Below, piece by piece: positions 49,591 to 58,801 of a stretch of 64,000 nucleotides of DNA (position 1 is the stretch's first letter; every line of letters starts with the position of its first letter). Made by a program: the position numbers and the translations under genes. Below the pieces are notes generated by a model that saw only the letters and a program-made list of their open reading frames with translations, was not told where the DNA came from and ran no database searches. Source of the stretch: Rickettsiales bacterium (lineage in GTDB: Bacteria; Pseudomonadota; Alphaproteobacteria; Rs-D84); the NCBI GenBank assembly GCA_031279085.1, contig JAITJD010000009.1:97232-161231 (forward strand). The letters run 5' to 3'.

Positions 49591-49985
49591 ATAGCGAATA
49601 CTTTTTATCCATCAGCGATGTGTCGAAAAAGCTGGGTATTCCGGCGCACACATTGCGTTATTGGGAAAAGCAGTTTCCGGCGGCGGTAAAACCCGCGACC
49701 GGCGCCGGCGGGCGCAGATATTACCGCGCTGAAACCGTCGGCGCGCTGGCGGCTATAAAGAATTTGCTTTATGCGCGCGGCATGACGATCGCGGGCGTGA
49801 AAAAATTGGTGAAAGAAGGCGCTTTGCAAAGCGGGGCGGATTTTGCCGCCGGCGCCAATGACGCGGATTATGTAAAAAAACAGCCGGAAAACTCCGCGCC
49901 GGATAATTCCGCTTTGTTTTCGCAAAAAGCATATATCGGGCAGGCGATTGATTTGCTGAAACGCGCGCGCGCTGTTTTGGAATAA
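49587..49985 (+). CDS. MerR-family transcriptional regulator
   Basis: GGAGGAG SD. LSISDVSKKLGIPAHTLRYWEKQF...GGRRYYR...I..L.Y..G.TI.G. Confidence 0.8.
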   Translation: MNSEYFLSISDVSKKLGIPAHTLRYWEKQFPAAVKPATGAGGRRYYRAETVGALAAIKNLLYARGMTIAGVKKLVKEGALQSGADFAAGANDADYVKKQPENSAPDNSALFSQKAYIGQAIDLLKRARAVLE

Positions 49986-49989
49986 AAAA

Positions 49990-50018
49990 CTCCGCTTTCG
50001 CGGAGCTTTCTTTTATTT
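49990..50018 (+). terminator. Rho-independent terminator
   Basis: CTCCGC-TTTC-GCGGAG followed by CTTTCTTTTATTT. Confidence 0.65.
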
Positions 50019-50085
50019 CTGACGCCAGCGGGACAGGTTTTTATAAAATTCGATAATTTAGTCATATTTCAAGAATTTTTCTCAA

Positions 50086-50114
50086 TTGACAACAGTCTGA
50101 AAACAGCGCATAAT
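50086..50114 (+). promoter_or_regulatory. sigma70-type promoter TTGACA-N17-CATAAT of the small Cys-rich gene (copy 2)
   Basis: Conserved with 13091-13119. Confidence 0.55.
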
Positions 50115-50139
50115 ATGGTCATAAAAGTTCTATAAAACT

Positions 50140-50187
50140 ATGCCTAATCCAAACCACCGTTTATTTTCGGCGGTTTTCTATTTTTAA
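50140..50187 (+). promoter_or_regulatory. leader element: 15-codon uORF (MPNPNHRLFSAVFYF*) overlapping the hairpin AAACCACCG/CGGCGGTTT plus a T-rich tail
   Basis: The first 14 nt are identical to the main ORF start (ATGCCTAATCCAAA). AAACCACC is also complementary to GGTGGTTT at codons 6-8 of the main ORF. Confidence 0.4.
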
Positions 50188-50224
50188 GAATCCCTGATTT
50201 CTGCGACATTTGAACCTTTCGATT

Positions 50225-50668
50225 ATGCCTAATCCAAAGGGTGGTTTGTTATGTACAATCTTGGCTGTTGCGGTGTCGGTTAATACGGCAGAGGGAGCAA
50301 CAGGATATGCGTGTTATTCTTCGACGCCAACAAGTCCGACGAAGTGCAGTAGTTCTACATACACCCAACACATAGGCGGCTGGGCTGTTTTTGGCTGCAT
50401 CGGCAGCAATGTAAGATTATTTTACGGCGCCAGCGGTTGCTCTGCCACATCTGGAAGTTATGCTGTTGCAGGAAATCCGACATTTAGTTCCAGCGGCGGA
50501 CAGTATTGCTGGTGCAGGATGTACGGGACAGACTTGGGTTCTGTGTCGGGTTCGTGGGTCTTCACCTACGACTACGGCTCCGCGTCTTTTTGCGCGAGCA
50601 ATTGCGCTAACGACTGCGCGGCCGACGCCGGGAACGATTCCGACTTACGGTCGGCGCTGTTCAACTAA
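50225..50668 (+). CDS. small secreted cysteine-rich protein (paralog B)
   Basis: MPNPKGGLLCTILAVAVSVNTA signal peptide. Same Cys spacing as 13230-13676. Confidence 0.7.
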   Translation: MPNPKGGLLCTILAVAVSVNTAEGATGYACYSSTPTSPTKCSSSTYTQHIGGWAVFGCIGSNVRLFYGASGCSATSGSYAVAGNPTFSSSGGQYCWCRMYGTDLGSVSGSWVFTYDYGSASFCASNCANDCAADAGNDSDLRSALFN

Positions 50669-50821
50669 CGAAAGGATTTCTGTATAAAAAAGTCATTAAC
50701 AGCATTCCTACTAATTTCCATGATTTCTTTTTCAGTGGGCGAAGTTTATCATTACAGCAGCGACACCGTGGCGAATCAAGACGACATCGGCTGCGCGGTT
50801 GAAGACTTGTGATAATTAAAA

Positions 50822-50839
50822 AACGGCCTTTCGGCCGTT
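50822..50839. terminator. bidirectional terminator hairpin
   Basis: AACGGCC-TTTC-GGCCGTT flanked by A5 and CTTTT. Lies between the convergent Cys-rich gene and skp. Confidence 0.65.
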
Positions 50840-50842
50840 CTT

Positions 50843-51514
50843 TTAAAATCCTTTCGGAGTTTCCATTTTTATATTCGAAATCTTTTTATCCAGCGCGCCG
50901 ACCACATCCTCTGTTATATCCAAGTTGGCGGCTGAACTGCCGATGCGGGCAAAGCGGCCGTCAATCACAAGGGATAAATTCTTTTTTGCGATAATTCCTT
51001 CAATCAGCGGATCCAAATGTTTGGATTGGATTTCATTCAACGCCTTTTGAAAAGAGGCCTCTATACTCTGCGCGCGTTCTGTCAAAGCGCGCTGCAATTT
51101 CGACACGCGGTTTTGATAGTCCGCGACGCGGCGCTGCAAAGCCTCGCGCGACAAGACATCTTGGGATTTCTCGATTTCGTTTTTTTCTTTTTCCAACGAC
51201 TGCTGCTCTTTGGTCAATTCATCGCGCAGTTTCGATTCATAGGATTCTTTCTGCTTGCGCAAGCTTTTCAAGACATTCGCTTCCGCCTGTATCGCGTCCA
51301 TGCGAATCACGGCGATGCGCATGTCGGCGCCATTTGCGGCATCGGCCGTAATATCCGACAGAGCTTCTTCAACTGTGGCACTTGTTGTGCGCAAAGCTGA
51401 AACGCCCCAAACGCCAAGCGCCGCAATGACGACAACCGCGGCTGCAATTATTCCGATTTTAGCATACTTCTTCGCAACCGGATTTGCCGGCGCGGCAGTT
51501 TTTTTAACATTCAT
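50843..51514 (-). CDS. skp: OmpH/Skp-family periplasmic chaperone
   Basis: TM/signal segment, a long Glu/Lys/Gln-rich coiled arm, and C-terminal ...IIAKKNLSLVIDG.... Confidence 0.7.
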   Translation of the reverse strand: MNVKKTAAPANPVAKKYAKIGIIAAAVVVIAALGVWGVSALRTTSATVEEALSDITADAANGADMRIAVIRMDAIQAEANVLKSLRKQKESYESKLRDELTKEQQSLEKEKNEIEKSQDVLSREALQRRVADYQNRVSKLQRALTERAQSIEASFQKALNEIQSKHLDPLIEGIIAKKNLSLVIDGRFARIGSSAANLDITEDVVGALDKKISNIKMETPKGF

Positions 51515-51628
51515 TTTTCTTCCTTTTGTTCTTGCTTAGACGGATTATAGCAATAAAAACTGGTGGTTTACAACCTAAAAAATAACAGCTTTTGTTCCTA
51601 TCTCGGCGCCGGTCATGCGTCCGCGTCT

Positions 51629-52330
51629 CTATCTTGCCGGAGAAATACGGAGCTCCACACGGCGGTTGGTAAGCCGTCCCATATCGTCTTGGGCGGCGAT
51701 CGGCCGCGCGGAGCCGCGCCCAACAACAAACATTCGCGCCGTATTTATCTTGCTGCGCGCAAAGAATATGGCCGTGCGCTGCGCCATGTCCAAAGACAGT
51801 GCTTTTGCGGCCTTTTTATCGGTAAACGAATCCGTGTATCCCGCGATTTCTATAAAAGACGCATCATATTTTTGCAAAATTTTAGCGATTATGCCCAAAG
51901 TATCCGCGCCCGTATCGGAAATATCGGGCGCTTCCAACTGCATCAGCGCGTCGCGCACCAAAATCACAAGCACATCCGTCCCCGCCCTTTGCACCAGTAT
52001 TCCAGGCTTGCGCAAACCATCGTAAAGCTGGTATTCCAAATTTTCCATATACCGCAGAACAACCTGATTCGCATCGGGCTCTTTTCCATAATTTCTGATT
52101 TCCGCTTCATCGGTCTTGATTCTTTCACCGCCCGCCCCCAGGTATACCGGCATTTTGGCGATTTTGGCTTCTGCCGTCATGTCTGAAAAGCTGGCGCCGC
52201 GCAAATATGCCGCCCAAGTATCGCGCGCAGGGGTGGAGTACCGCGCGCAGGCCCACAAACAAGCGGCGGCCAGCAGGCAGCAAGAAAGCATTGCGGCTTT
52301 TTTAAACAAAAACTCATTTATGATTTTCAT
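51629..52330 (-). CDS. OmpA-family peptidoglycan-binding lipoprotein
   Basis: Cys-containing signal (LLAAAC). C-terminal IEIAGYTDS...LSLDMAQRTA....VVGRGSARPIA...NRRVELRI. Confidence 0.75.
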   Translation of the reverse strand: MKIINEFLFKKAAMLSCCLLAAACLWACARYSTPARDTWAAYLRGASFSDMTAEAKIAKMPVYLGAGGERIKTDEAEIRNYGKEPDANQVVLRYMENLEYQLYDGLRKPGILVQRAGTDVLVILVRDALMQLEAPDISDTGADTLGIIAKILQKYDASFIEIAGYTDSFTDKKAAKALSLDMAQRTAIFFARSKINTARMFVVGRGSARPIAAQDDMGRLTNRRVELRISPAR

Positions 52331-52339
52331 ATTCGCCCG

Positions 52340-52798
52340 TTATTTCACTATGAATGAAATTTCATTTCCGCCGGTTGTCAAGCAATACGAATTTTGATTC
52401 GATTCATATCCGTTGACTCTGATTCTATCGGCCCAATCAAGATTGATGGTCGTGAAATAATCGCATTCGCCCTTTGACAGGCCGACAACATTTATGGAAA
52501 ATTCCAATCCGTCCGCGCTGGATTCGACAGACCAGCTTTCGCCCCCGATCGGCGCCTTGCCGTTTCTCAATGCGCCGGCTTTTACCAGATAATCGACAGA
52601 CACTCCGGAATAGTCGCCGCCGGCGGCCATTAATAATTTCGTATCCTTTGCGATCTGCGCCAGCTGCGCGGCCGCGATTGTTCTGACCTGGCGGGCGCGC
52701 ACCGTGTTGTATGACGCCACGACGCCGGCTGTCAGAATTGCGCCGATTGCGAGAACGCCTATCAGCTCTATCAGCGAGCGGCCATATTCCTGCCTCAT
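52340..52798 (-). CDS. type IV pilin-like protein (prepilin-type N-terminus)
   Basis: MRQEYG|RSLIELIGVLAIGAILTAGVV: short basic leader ending in Gly, Glu at +5, and a hydrophobic helix. Two C-terminal Cys. Confidence 0.65.
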   Translation of the reverse strand: MRQEYGRSLIELIGVLAIGAILTAGVVASYNTVRARQVRTIAAAQLAQIAKDTKLLMAAGGDYSGVSVDYLVKAGALRNGKAPIGGESWSVESSADGLEFSINVVGLSKGECDYFTTINLDWADRIRVNGYESNQNSYCLTTGGNEISFIVK

Positions 52799-52799
52799 G

Positions 52800-54365
52800 T
52801 TATCCTCCTATTATCTCCGCGCCGTCAAACAGCGACAATGCGCTGGCAATCATGGGGTCTGACTGCATGTTTTCTTTTTTCTGCTCTATAACCGTCCGCT
52901 TGTTTTCAGATTCGTCAGCGCGTTCCAAAACCCATTCTTCTCCGGTTTTATCCAGCAGCCATTTGGCAAGCTTTTGCGCAAAACCCTGCTCGCCTTTTCT
53001 GTCAAAATATTTTATCTTCCGGCCTTCGATTTCCGATACTTCTATATTGCCGCTGTAATAAGAAAGCAATATCAATTCCTTGGATTCCTGCAAAGCGTTC
53101 GCCAAGTCGATCGCCGAGGAAATTTTTATAAACTTAGGTGCCGGCGGCTGGATGTCCGGCCCCGGCAGAATCTTGTCATCAGCAGCTTTCGCGCCTTTTG
53201 GGGCGCATTTCTCGCTTTGGTTTTCGCTCTGCGCCAGCAAAACGGAAATCGGCGGAATATCCGCCAAGTGCATCAGCCGGACAACCAGCATGTCAAAACA
53301 CTGCTTTGGATTCGCGGACGCCTGCATTTCAGAAACCGACGCCACCATAACCTGCCATAATCTGGACAAGGAGTTCAATGAAATTCTGGAATTAATTTCT
53401 TTTATCTGCTCGCGCTGGTCGGCGGTGTAGGGAAAGTTGGCAACATCTCCGGCGCGCAGCGCGGGATGTATCCTGGTCGCCCAATGCGTCCATTCCATCA
53501 TGTCGCCCAGCAGCATTGAAAGATCCGCGCCATTATTGTAAATATTATCGGCGGCGGCCAGCGCGGCGGCCGTGTCCCCGCTTAACAGAGTCTTCATAAA
53601 ATCCACGACGACATTGCGGTCGGCGCGTTTCAGCATATCAAGAACGGCAGCTTCGTCAACTTTGCCGCCGGTTTGCGAGATGGCTTGATCCAACAGGCTT
53701 AGGCCGTCGCGAACCGAGCCGTCAGCGGCGCGCGCAAGCAATTCGTTGGCGGCATCCGACATTTCTATTTTTTCTTGCCCCGCAATCCAGGCAAAATGCT
53801 TTTTCAAAGTCTGAACGGGAACGCGCACAAGGTCAAAACGTTGGCAGCGGGACAATATTGTCACGGGAACCTTGCGGATTTCTGTCGTCGCCAGGATAAA
53901 AATAACATGCGACGGAGGCTCCTCCAAAGTTTTTAGCAAAGCATTGAACGCATTGGTGGACAGCATGTGCACTTCGTCTATTATATAGACTTTATAGCGG
54001 CCGTTGGTGGGGCGGTATTGCGCGGCGTCCAGAATATCCCGCATATTGTCGACGCCGGTATGCGAAGCGGCGTCTATTTCCAGAACATCGATATGCTGGC
54101 CCGCCGCAATCGCGCGGCAGTTTTCGCACTGGCCGCACGGCGTCGCGGTCGCTTTGTCAGACGACTGGCAGTTCAGAGCCTTGGCAAGTATCCGCGCGGT
54201 GCTGGTTTTTCCAGTGCCCCGTATGCCGGTCAGCATATATGCATGCGCTATGCGCGATGTGTTTATCGCAGTCGTCAAAGTCTTGACAAGAACATCCTGC
54301 CCGATAAGAGAATTAAAATCCTGGCTGCGATACTTGCGAGCCAAAACTGTGTAATTGGTATCCAT
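52800..54365 (-). CDS. dnaX: DNA polymerase III subunit gamma/tau
   Basis: GIRGTGKTSTARILAKALNC, CGQCENC zinc module, YIIDEVHMLS, and SRCQRFDL. Confidence 0.92.
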   Translation of the reverse strand: MDTNYTVLARKYRSQDFNSLIGQDVLVKTLTTAINTSRIAHAYMLTGIRGTGKTSTARILAKALNCQSSDKATATPCGQCENCRAIAAGQHIDVLEIDAASHTGVDNMRDILDAAQYRPTNGRYKVYIIDEVHMLSTNAFNALLKTLEEPPSHVIFILATTEIRKVPVTILSRCQRFDLVRVPVQTLKKHFAWIAGQEKIEMSDAANELLARAADGSVRDGLSLLDQAISQTGGKVDEAAVLDMLKRADRNVVVDFMKTLLSGDTAAALAAADNIYNNGADLSMLLGDMMEWTHWATRIHPALRAGDVANFPYTADQREQIKEINSRISLNSLSRLWQVMVASVSEMQASANPKQCFDMLVVRLMHLADIPPISVLLAQSENQSEKCAPKGAKAADDKILPGPDIQPPAPKFIKISSAIDLANALQESKELILLSYYSGNIEVSEIEGRKIKYFDRKGEQGFAQKLAKWLLDKTGEEWVLERADESENKRTVIEQKKENMQSDPMIASALSLFDGAEIIGG

Positions 54366-54430
54366 TTGCTATTCCTTCTGGCACCAGAATAGCAAATATG
54401 CGCAGCATTTCAAGAGCTAAAACTTTTATT

Positions 54431-54718
54431 TCAAATCGACCAGAAAGTTTGCGATATTTGCTCGTCATCTTCCGCATTTTCCAAAGCGCTTTCTTGTTCG
54501 GCGACAAGCTTTTCCTTTGGGTCGCGGCAAGAATCTATCTTTCCCTGTTCACCATTAACAATACGGCCGTAATGCTCGGCCATTTGCAAAAGTCGCTCTC
54601 GTTCGATTTCATCTGATGTCTGACGCGCCTGATCCATGCATTGCTTTCGTTTCTGACGCAATTTATGACAGCGTTGAATCATAAGTCCAACAGACGTTTG
54701 ATTTTTTTTATTTTGCAT
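54431..54718 (-). CDS. hypothetical small charged protein
   Basis: ATG start but no clear SD. Lys/Glu/Gln-rich. Weak support. Confidence 0.3.
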   Translation of the reverse strand: MQNKKNQTSVGLMIQRCHKLRQKRKQCMDQARQTSDEIERERLLQMAEHYGRIVNGEQGKIDSCRDPKEKLVAEQESALENAEDDEQISQTFWSI

Positions 54719-54857
54719 AATTTTTCTTTAAAAGTAGAAATCGGATCACTTGGAGATGACCCATTAAACCTATCGACAAGTACAATATTACATCAAGCAA
54801 AAACAGATTGCAAGAAGTTTGTATAAAGTCTATAATCAAAATGTAGGGGGGAAGTTT

Positions 54858-56255
54858 GTGTATGTCAAAGTCAAGGAGTTTCAAATTGCAAACCGCGGCG
54901 GATGCGTCTCATCAGCCGGGAACTTCCTGCTGCAAGCATTGCTGGCTTTGGCTCTGATCATCGCATTTATGCCGTTTTTTACCCAAAAGCTGCTGGAACG
55001 CGACAAAAACCTGCAAATGCACGCGACAACCGTCCAAATCGATGCCGCGCAGACCGCAGCGCGGATTTATATTCGGGAAAATCTAGACTATATCAAATAT
55101 GATGCGACAATAATGTCCGACGACGGGTTCGCCGATGCTTTGGAGCCCTATGGACTGCCGCTGGGCTTTGTCCCCAAAACCGCTTTCGGCCAAGAAATAT
55201 CGCTGGTGATAAACAAAACGAAGGAAGAAATATCCGCCTATTTGGAATTGAAAGGCGGCAAATTGTCGCAATTGCAGCGGGCGGAACTGACGAAAAGGAT
55301 AGGTTTTTACGCTTCTCAGGAAAATGGCGGCATAAAAGTCGTCGTTCCAATAGACGAGATTTTTTCCGACATTGTCCGACGCGATGAGCCAAAACCCGAT
55401 GAAAACGGTTTTTTGTCGGATTTGAACCTGGGCGGGTTCGGATTGGAAAATCTGGGCGCTCTTATAGGGCGCAACGGAGAATTCGAATCCGCGCAAACGG
55501 GCGCGCTTTCGCTGTTCGGAATAGAAGACGGACGAAAAATACGCAGCAAAATCGGCGATATGACAGTGGGAAAAACCGTATTTCAAAGCAATATTGGCGA
55601 AGCGGCCTTGTTTGTCACGCGCGGCTCGCTGAACGCGCTCAATGTGTCCGCAAGAACAATATCAAAATTTGGCGACACGGGCGCGCTGGTATCTGAAATC
55701 GCATCCGTGTACGACCTTTCCATGACAGAAGGGCGCACCGGTTTCACCGGACCTTCGAAATGGGAAGTCAAAGGAAATCTTATCGCGGATAAAATCAGCT
55801 TTTCAACCGAGCGCCTGGAAATATCGTCTTTTATAAACGCGTCCCGAGGACAAGATGTTTACATAAATCCAAGCGATTTGGAATATAGTTCGCAAAGCGG
55901 AATAGAGGCCGGCATAATACGCGCCGCAAACATCACCCTGCGCGACCAGACATCCTCCGCTTTGGCCAGGGGGGAAACCGGCGCGGTGCTGCTGGATATA
56001 AGGCTGGCCGATACCTCCGTTCTTCCGGATGCGCTGGTTGACGGCATAAGCAACGACAGTTTTTTGATAATTGCAAAGCCGGCTGACGATGACGGCGGCA
56101 CTGTGGACTGCAAATCAATAATAACCAGCCTGGACGGCAGATATAATTCAAAATCTCTGTCGCAGCATATTGTTTGCCAGTATGTTTTCTGGCAACGTCT
56201 GGAAAAACGCATAGATATAAAAAAGTGCATAATGGAAGGAAAAAGTGGCTGCTGA
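54858..56255 (+). CDS. large pilin-like protein 1 (hydrophobic pilin-type N-helix, no Glu+5); start uncertain
   Basis: GGGGGGAAG SD upstream of GTG 54858 (TTG 54819 is also possible). ...AGNFLLQALLALALIIAFMPFF.... Mid-protein DLNLGGFG motif shared with the next two genes. Confidence 0.55.
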   Translation: MYVKVKEFQIANRGGCVSSAGNFLLQALLALALIIAFMPFFTQKLLERDKNLQMHATTVQIDAAQTAARIYIRENLDYIKYDATIMSDDGFADALEPYGLPLGFVPKTAFGQEISLVINKTKEEISAYLELKGGKLSQLQRAELTKRIGFYASQENGGIKVVVPIDEIFSDIVRRDEPKPDENGFLSDLNLGGFGLENLGALIGRNGEFESAQTGALSLFGIEDGRKIRSKIGDMTVGKTVFQSNIGEAALFVTRGSLNALNVSARTISKFGDTGALVSEIASVYDLSMTEGRTGFTGPSKWEVKGNLIADKISFSTERLEISSFINASRGQDVYINPSDLEYSSQSGIEAGIIRAANITLRDQTSSALARGETGAVLLDIRLADTSVLPDALVDGISNDSFLIIAKPADDDGGTVDCKSIITSLDGRYNSKSLSQHIVCQYVFWQRLEKRIDIKKCIMEGKSGC

Positions 56256-57438
56256 CAGATTCTTTTCGCGCATTGCGTCGGAACAGCGCGGCGCAAGCAT
56301 TCTTGAAATACTGCTGGTCATGGCAATAGTCGCGCTTTTGTCGCCGTTCATGTATAATCAGATAACGCGGGCTTCGAACGAAATCACGGATATAGCGACC
56401 GCAAAGCAAATTATGAAAACGCGCGAAGCCGCTTTGAACTTTGTGCGGTTAAATCAGGATCAATGGCCGGATTATGTGCAGATAAAGCTTGCCCAGGAAG
56501 AACTTGACGCCATAAACGATTCCGCGCATGCCGGATTTATAGACAAGTACATTGTTAAAGACGCGGCGGTAACCGACATTTATTTTGCGTTTAAAATCGG
56601 CGGCAGCTTGCTGCGATCGGCGCAAATAGCCAGAATCATCGGCGCGGATGCCGCAAGTGTGGATTCTGACGGCGTTGCGCGCAATATTTCATGGGCGGCG
56701 TCCGCGCCGGATTTTGCACCGGGCGACCTGGTGTATCGAATAAGTCATGATTTCAGGCTGGATAACAACTACAAATACCTTCGGCGAGTAACTTCGCCGG
56801 AAGACGATTCAAACCTTATGCAGCGGAATTTGAATATGGGAAAGTTCGACTCATACGGCGTGGGAACCGCATCCGCCGAAACCGGAAAATTTGAGGAAAT
56901 GTCGGCGGCTTTCATAGAAAGCGATGAACTGACAGCCACATCCGCTTATTTTTCCGGCGGCGCGACAATGGACGGCAATGTCGTCAAAATCGAATCCATG
57001 CGCGTCAGCGGCGACATAACGGGATTCCGCAATATCAATGCAAAAAAAATCAACCGCGAAGGCTTTTCTTTAACCGGCAGCATTATCGCCGATCGCGTAA
57101 GAATAAATAATTCCGTCAATGTCGGAGGAAACCTGAACCTGAAATCCGACACGATAAGAACAATTAGCGGTTTTGCCGGAATTGTAGCGCACTCGCTGGC
57201 CATATCCTTTTTAACCGCCGACGAGCTGACATTTGCAAACAAGTTCGGATTGACGGTTTCTGGCGAATTACTGATGTCCAGCACGGCACCGTTGAGAATA
57301 GGAAGTTGGAGCTTCCCTTCAATAACGCCACCAAGCTTTGCAAGCTTTGAGATGGCGCGCGCCAAAATTCCGGATACGCCGAATGCTTATGAATTTGATA
57401 AAATTATGAAAAGCGGTTGGAGAACGGACAATAACTGA
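56245..57438 (+). CDS. large pilin-like protein 2 (prepilin-type N-terminus)
   Basis: ...EQRG|ASILEILLVMAIVALLSPF with Glu+5. Overlaps the upstream gene by 11 nt. RNLNMGKF motif. Confidence 0.6.
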   Translation: MAADRFFSRIASEQRGASILEILLVMAIVALLSPFMYNQITRASNEITDIATAKQIMKTREAALNFVRLNQDQWPDYVQIKLAQEELDAINDSAHAGFIDKYIVKDAAVTDIYFAFKIGGSLLRSAQIARIIGADAASVDSDGVARNISWAASAPDFAPGDLVYRISHDFRLDNNYKYLRRVTSPEDDSNLMQRNLNMGKFDSYGVGTASAETGKFEEMSAAFIESDELTATSAYFSGGATMDGNVVKIESMRVSGDITGFRNINAKKINREGFSLTGSIIADRVRINNSVNVGGNLNLKSDTIRTISGFAGIVAHSLAISFLTADELTFANKFGLTVSGELLMSSTAPLRIGSWSFPSITPPSFASFEMARAKIPDTPNAYEFDKIMKSGWRTDNN

Positions 57439-58778
57439 TGAAACTGAACGAAAAATTTTTCAGCGCTCGCAAGTTTCGGCTTTCGACCCACGAACGCGGC
57501 GGAATGATGGCGGAATTATTGCTGACTCTGGCGCTGGTTGCCTTGGTGCTTCCTTTTATAATCAACTTTCAGAAATCTGGCATAGAGAGAGCGCAGAACA
57601 TAGCGACCGTCAAGGAAATGGAGCTGATGCAGACCGCGCTGGAACGATACATCGATTTTCACAAAAGCGAGCTTCTTGCGCCAATAGGAAAAAACATCAC
57701 GCGCGTGAAAGTGCCGGATTTAGAAGAATACGGCGCGCCGGCGCGCCCGATAGAAGAAAATAGTGAAAAGTTTCAAATACGAATCATCAAATCCAGCGAC
57801 CGCGAAGGACGTGCGACCTTGCAGGGCGTAATCGTGCTGAATGACCCGGACATATCGCCGATAAAAACCAGGGAAATCGTAAATATCGGCGGCAGCAAGA
57901 TGGGGTTTGTGGAAAAAGGCAAGGCTTTCGGAGCTTTCGGGACATGGCGCGCAAACACATCGGATCTGGGGATAGGCGGAAAAAGCGGAATCGTCAAAAC
58001 AACCAAAACAACATTGGACAAAGAGCAGTACTTGTGGCGAATCCCGTCTGAAAACACGTCTGACGCCACGATGCTTTCCTCTTTGAATCTGGCCGGGCAC
58101 AATATCGTGGACGCGAAATTCACGGACGGAAGATACGCGCTGTTTGAAGAGATTCTGAAATCAAAAATATTCGCCGCCGGCAAAATTATATTTCAGAACA
58201 GAACGACCATAGACAAGAATTTGAAAACCGGCGATGCGATCGTCGCCGGAACATTGTCCGCCGATTCCAGAAACTTTGATATCTACGGAACGCTTTCGCT
58301 TTCAGACACCGCGAAATTTTCAAGCTTCACGGCGGACAAACTTTGGGTTGGCAACTTAAATCTGTCGGGAATATCCATAGCCGCCGAAACCGGCAAGCCG
58401 GCGGTTTTAAAAGTCAATCAAACCATGGACATGGTTTCCGGACGCATCAGCGCCATGTTCGCGACAGTGGGATTTACAGGCTCGCTGACGCCAAAGCTGG
58501 TGATAAGAAGCAGGATTGAAGATTCGGCTAATTCTGGATATTTTTGGGATGCAAGCACAAGTTCCGCCGCCGCCAGATTTTCAGATGTATACATCGCAGA
58601 GCTTAATAGAATGGCCGCAATATCGGCATCCAAGGAAGCGGGCGAAAAGACCGCCAGCGGACAGATTTTCAAAGCCGTCGTCACAAACAAGAACGCGACC
58701 GCTTCGGATTTTATCAACGCGATATCCGAAATACAAAACAAAGTCCGAATAAAATATCGCCAGTTGAATTTGGAATAA
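57438..58778 (+). CDS. large pilin-like protein 3 (prepilin-type N-terminus)
   Basis: ...HERG|GMMAELLLTLALVALVLPF. ATGA overlap with the upstream gene. SLNLAGHN motif. Confidence 0.6.
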   Translation: MKLNEKFFSARKFRLSTHERGGMMAELLLTLALVALVLPFIINFQKSGIERAQNIATVKEMELMQTALERYIDFHKSELLAPIGKNITRVKVPDLEEYGAPARPIEENSEKFQIRIIKSSDREGRATLQGVIVLNDPDISPIKTREIVNIGGSKMGFVEKGKAFGAFGTWRANTSDLGIGGKSGIVKTTKTTLDKEQYLWRIPSENTSDATMLSSLNLAGHNIVDAKFTDGRYALFEEILKSKIFAAGKIIFQNRTTIDKNLKTGDAIVAGTLSADSRNFDIYGTLSLSDTAKFSSFTADKLWVGNLNLSGISIAAETGKPAVLKVNQTMDMVSGRISAMFATVGFTGSLTPKLVIRSRIEDSANSGYFWDASTSSAAARFSDVYIAELNRMAAISASKEAGEKTASGQIFKAVVTNKNATASDFINAISEIQNKVRIKYRQLNLE

Positions 58779-58801
58779 AACATGATAAGCTAGCGGGGAT
58801 A

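Noticed and set aside
50669-50812. Possible small ORF downstream of Cys-rich paralog B (…KKSLTAFLLISMISFSVGEVYHYSSDTVANQDDIGCAVEDL*), which looks like a signal peptide plus a short peptide.
   Set aside because: There is no canonical start codon before the hydrophobic segment; only an internal ATG is available, giving 30 aa. There is no SD and no counterpart after paralog A. Evidence is insufficient.
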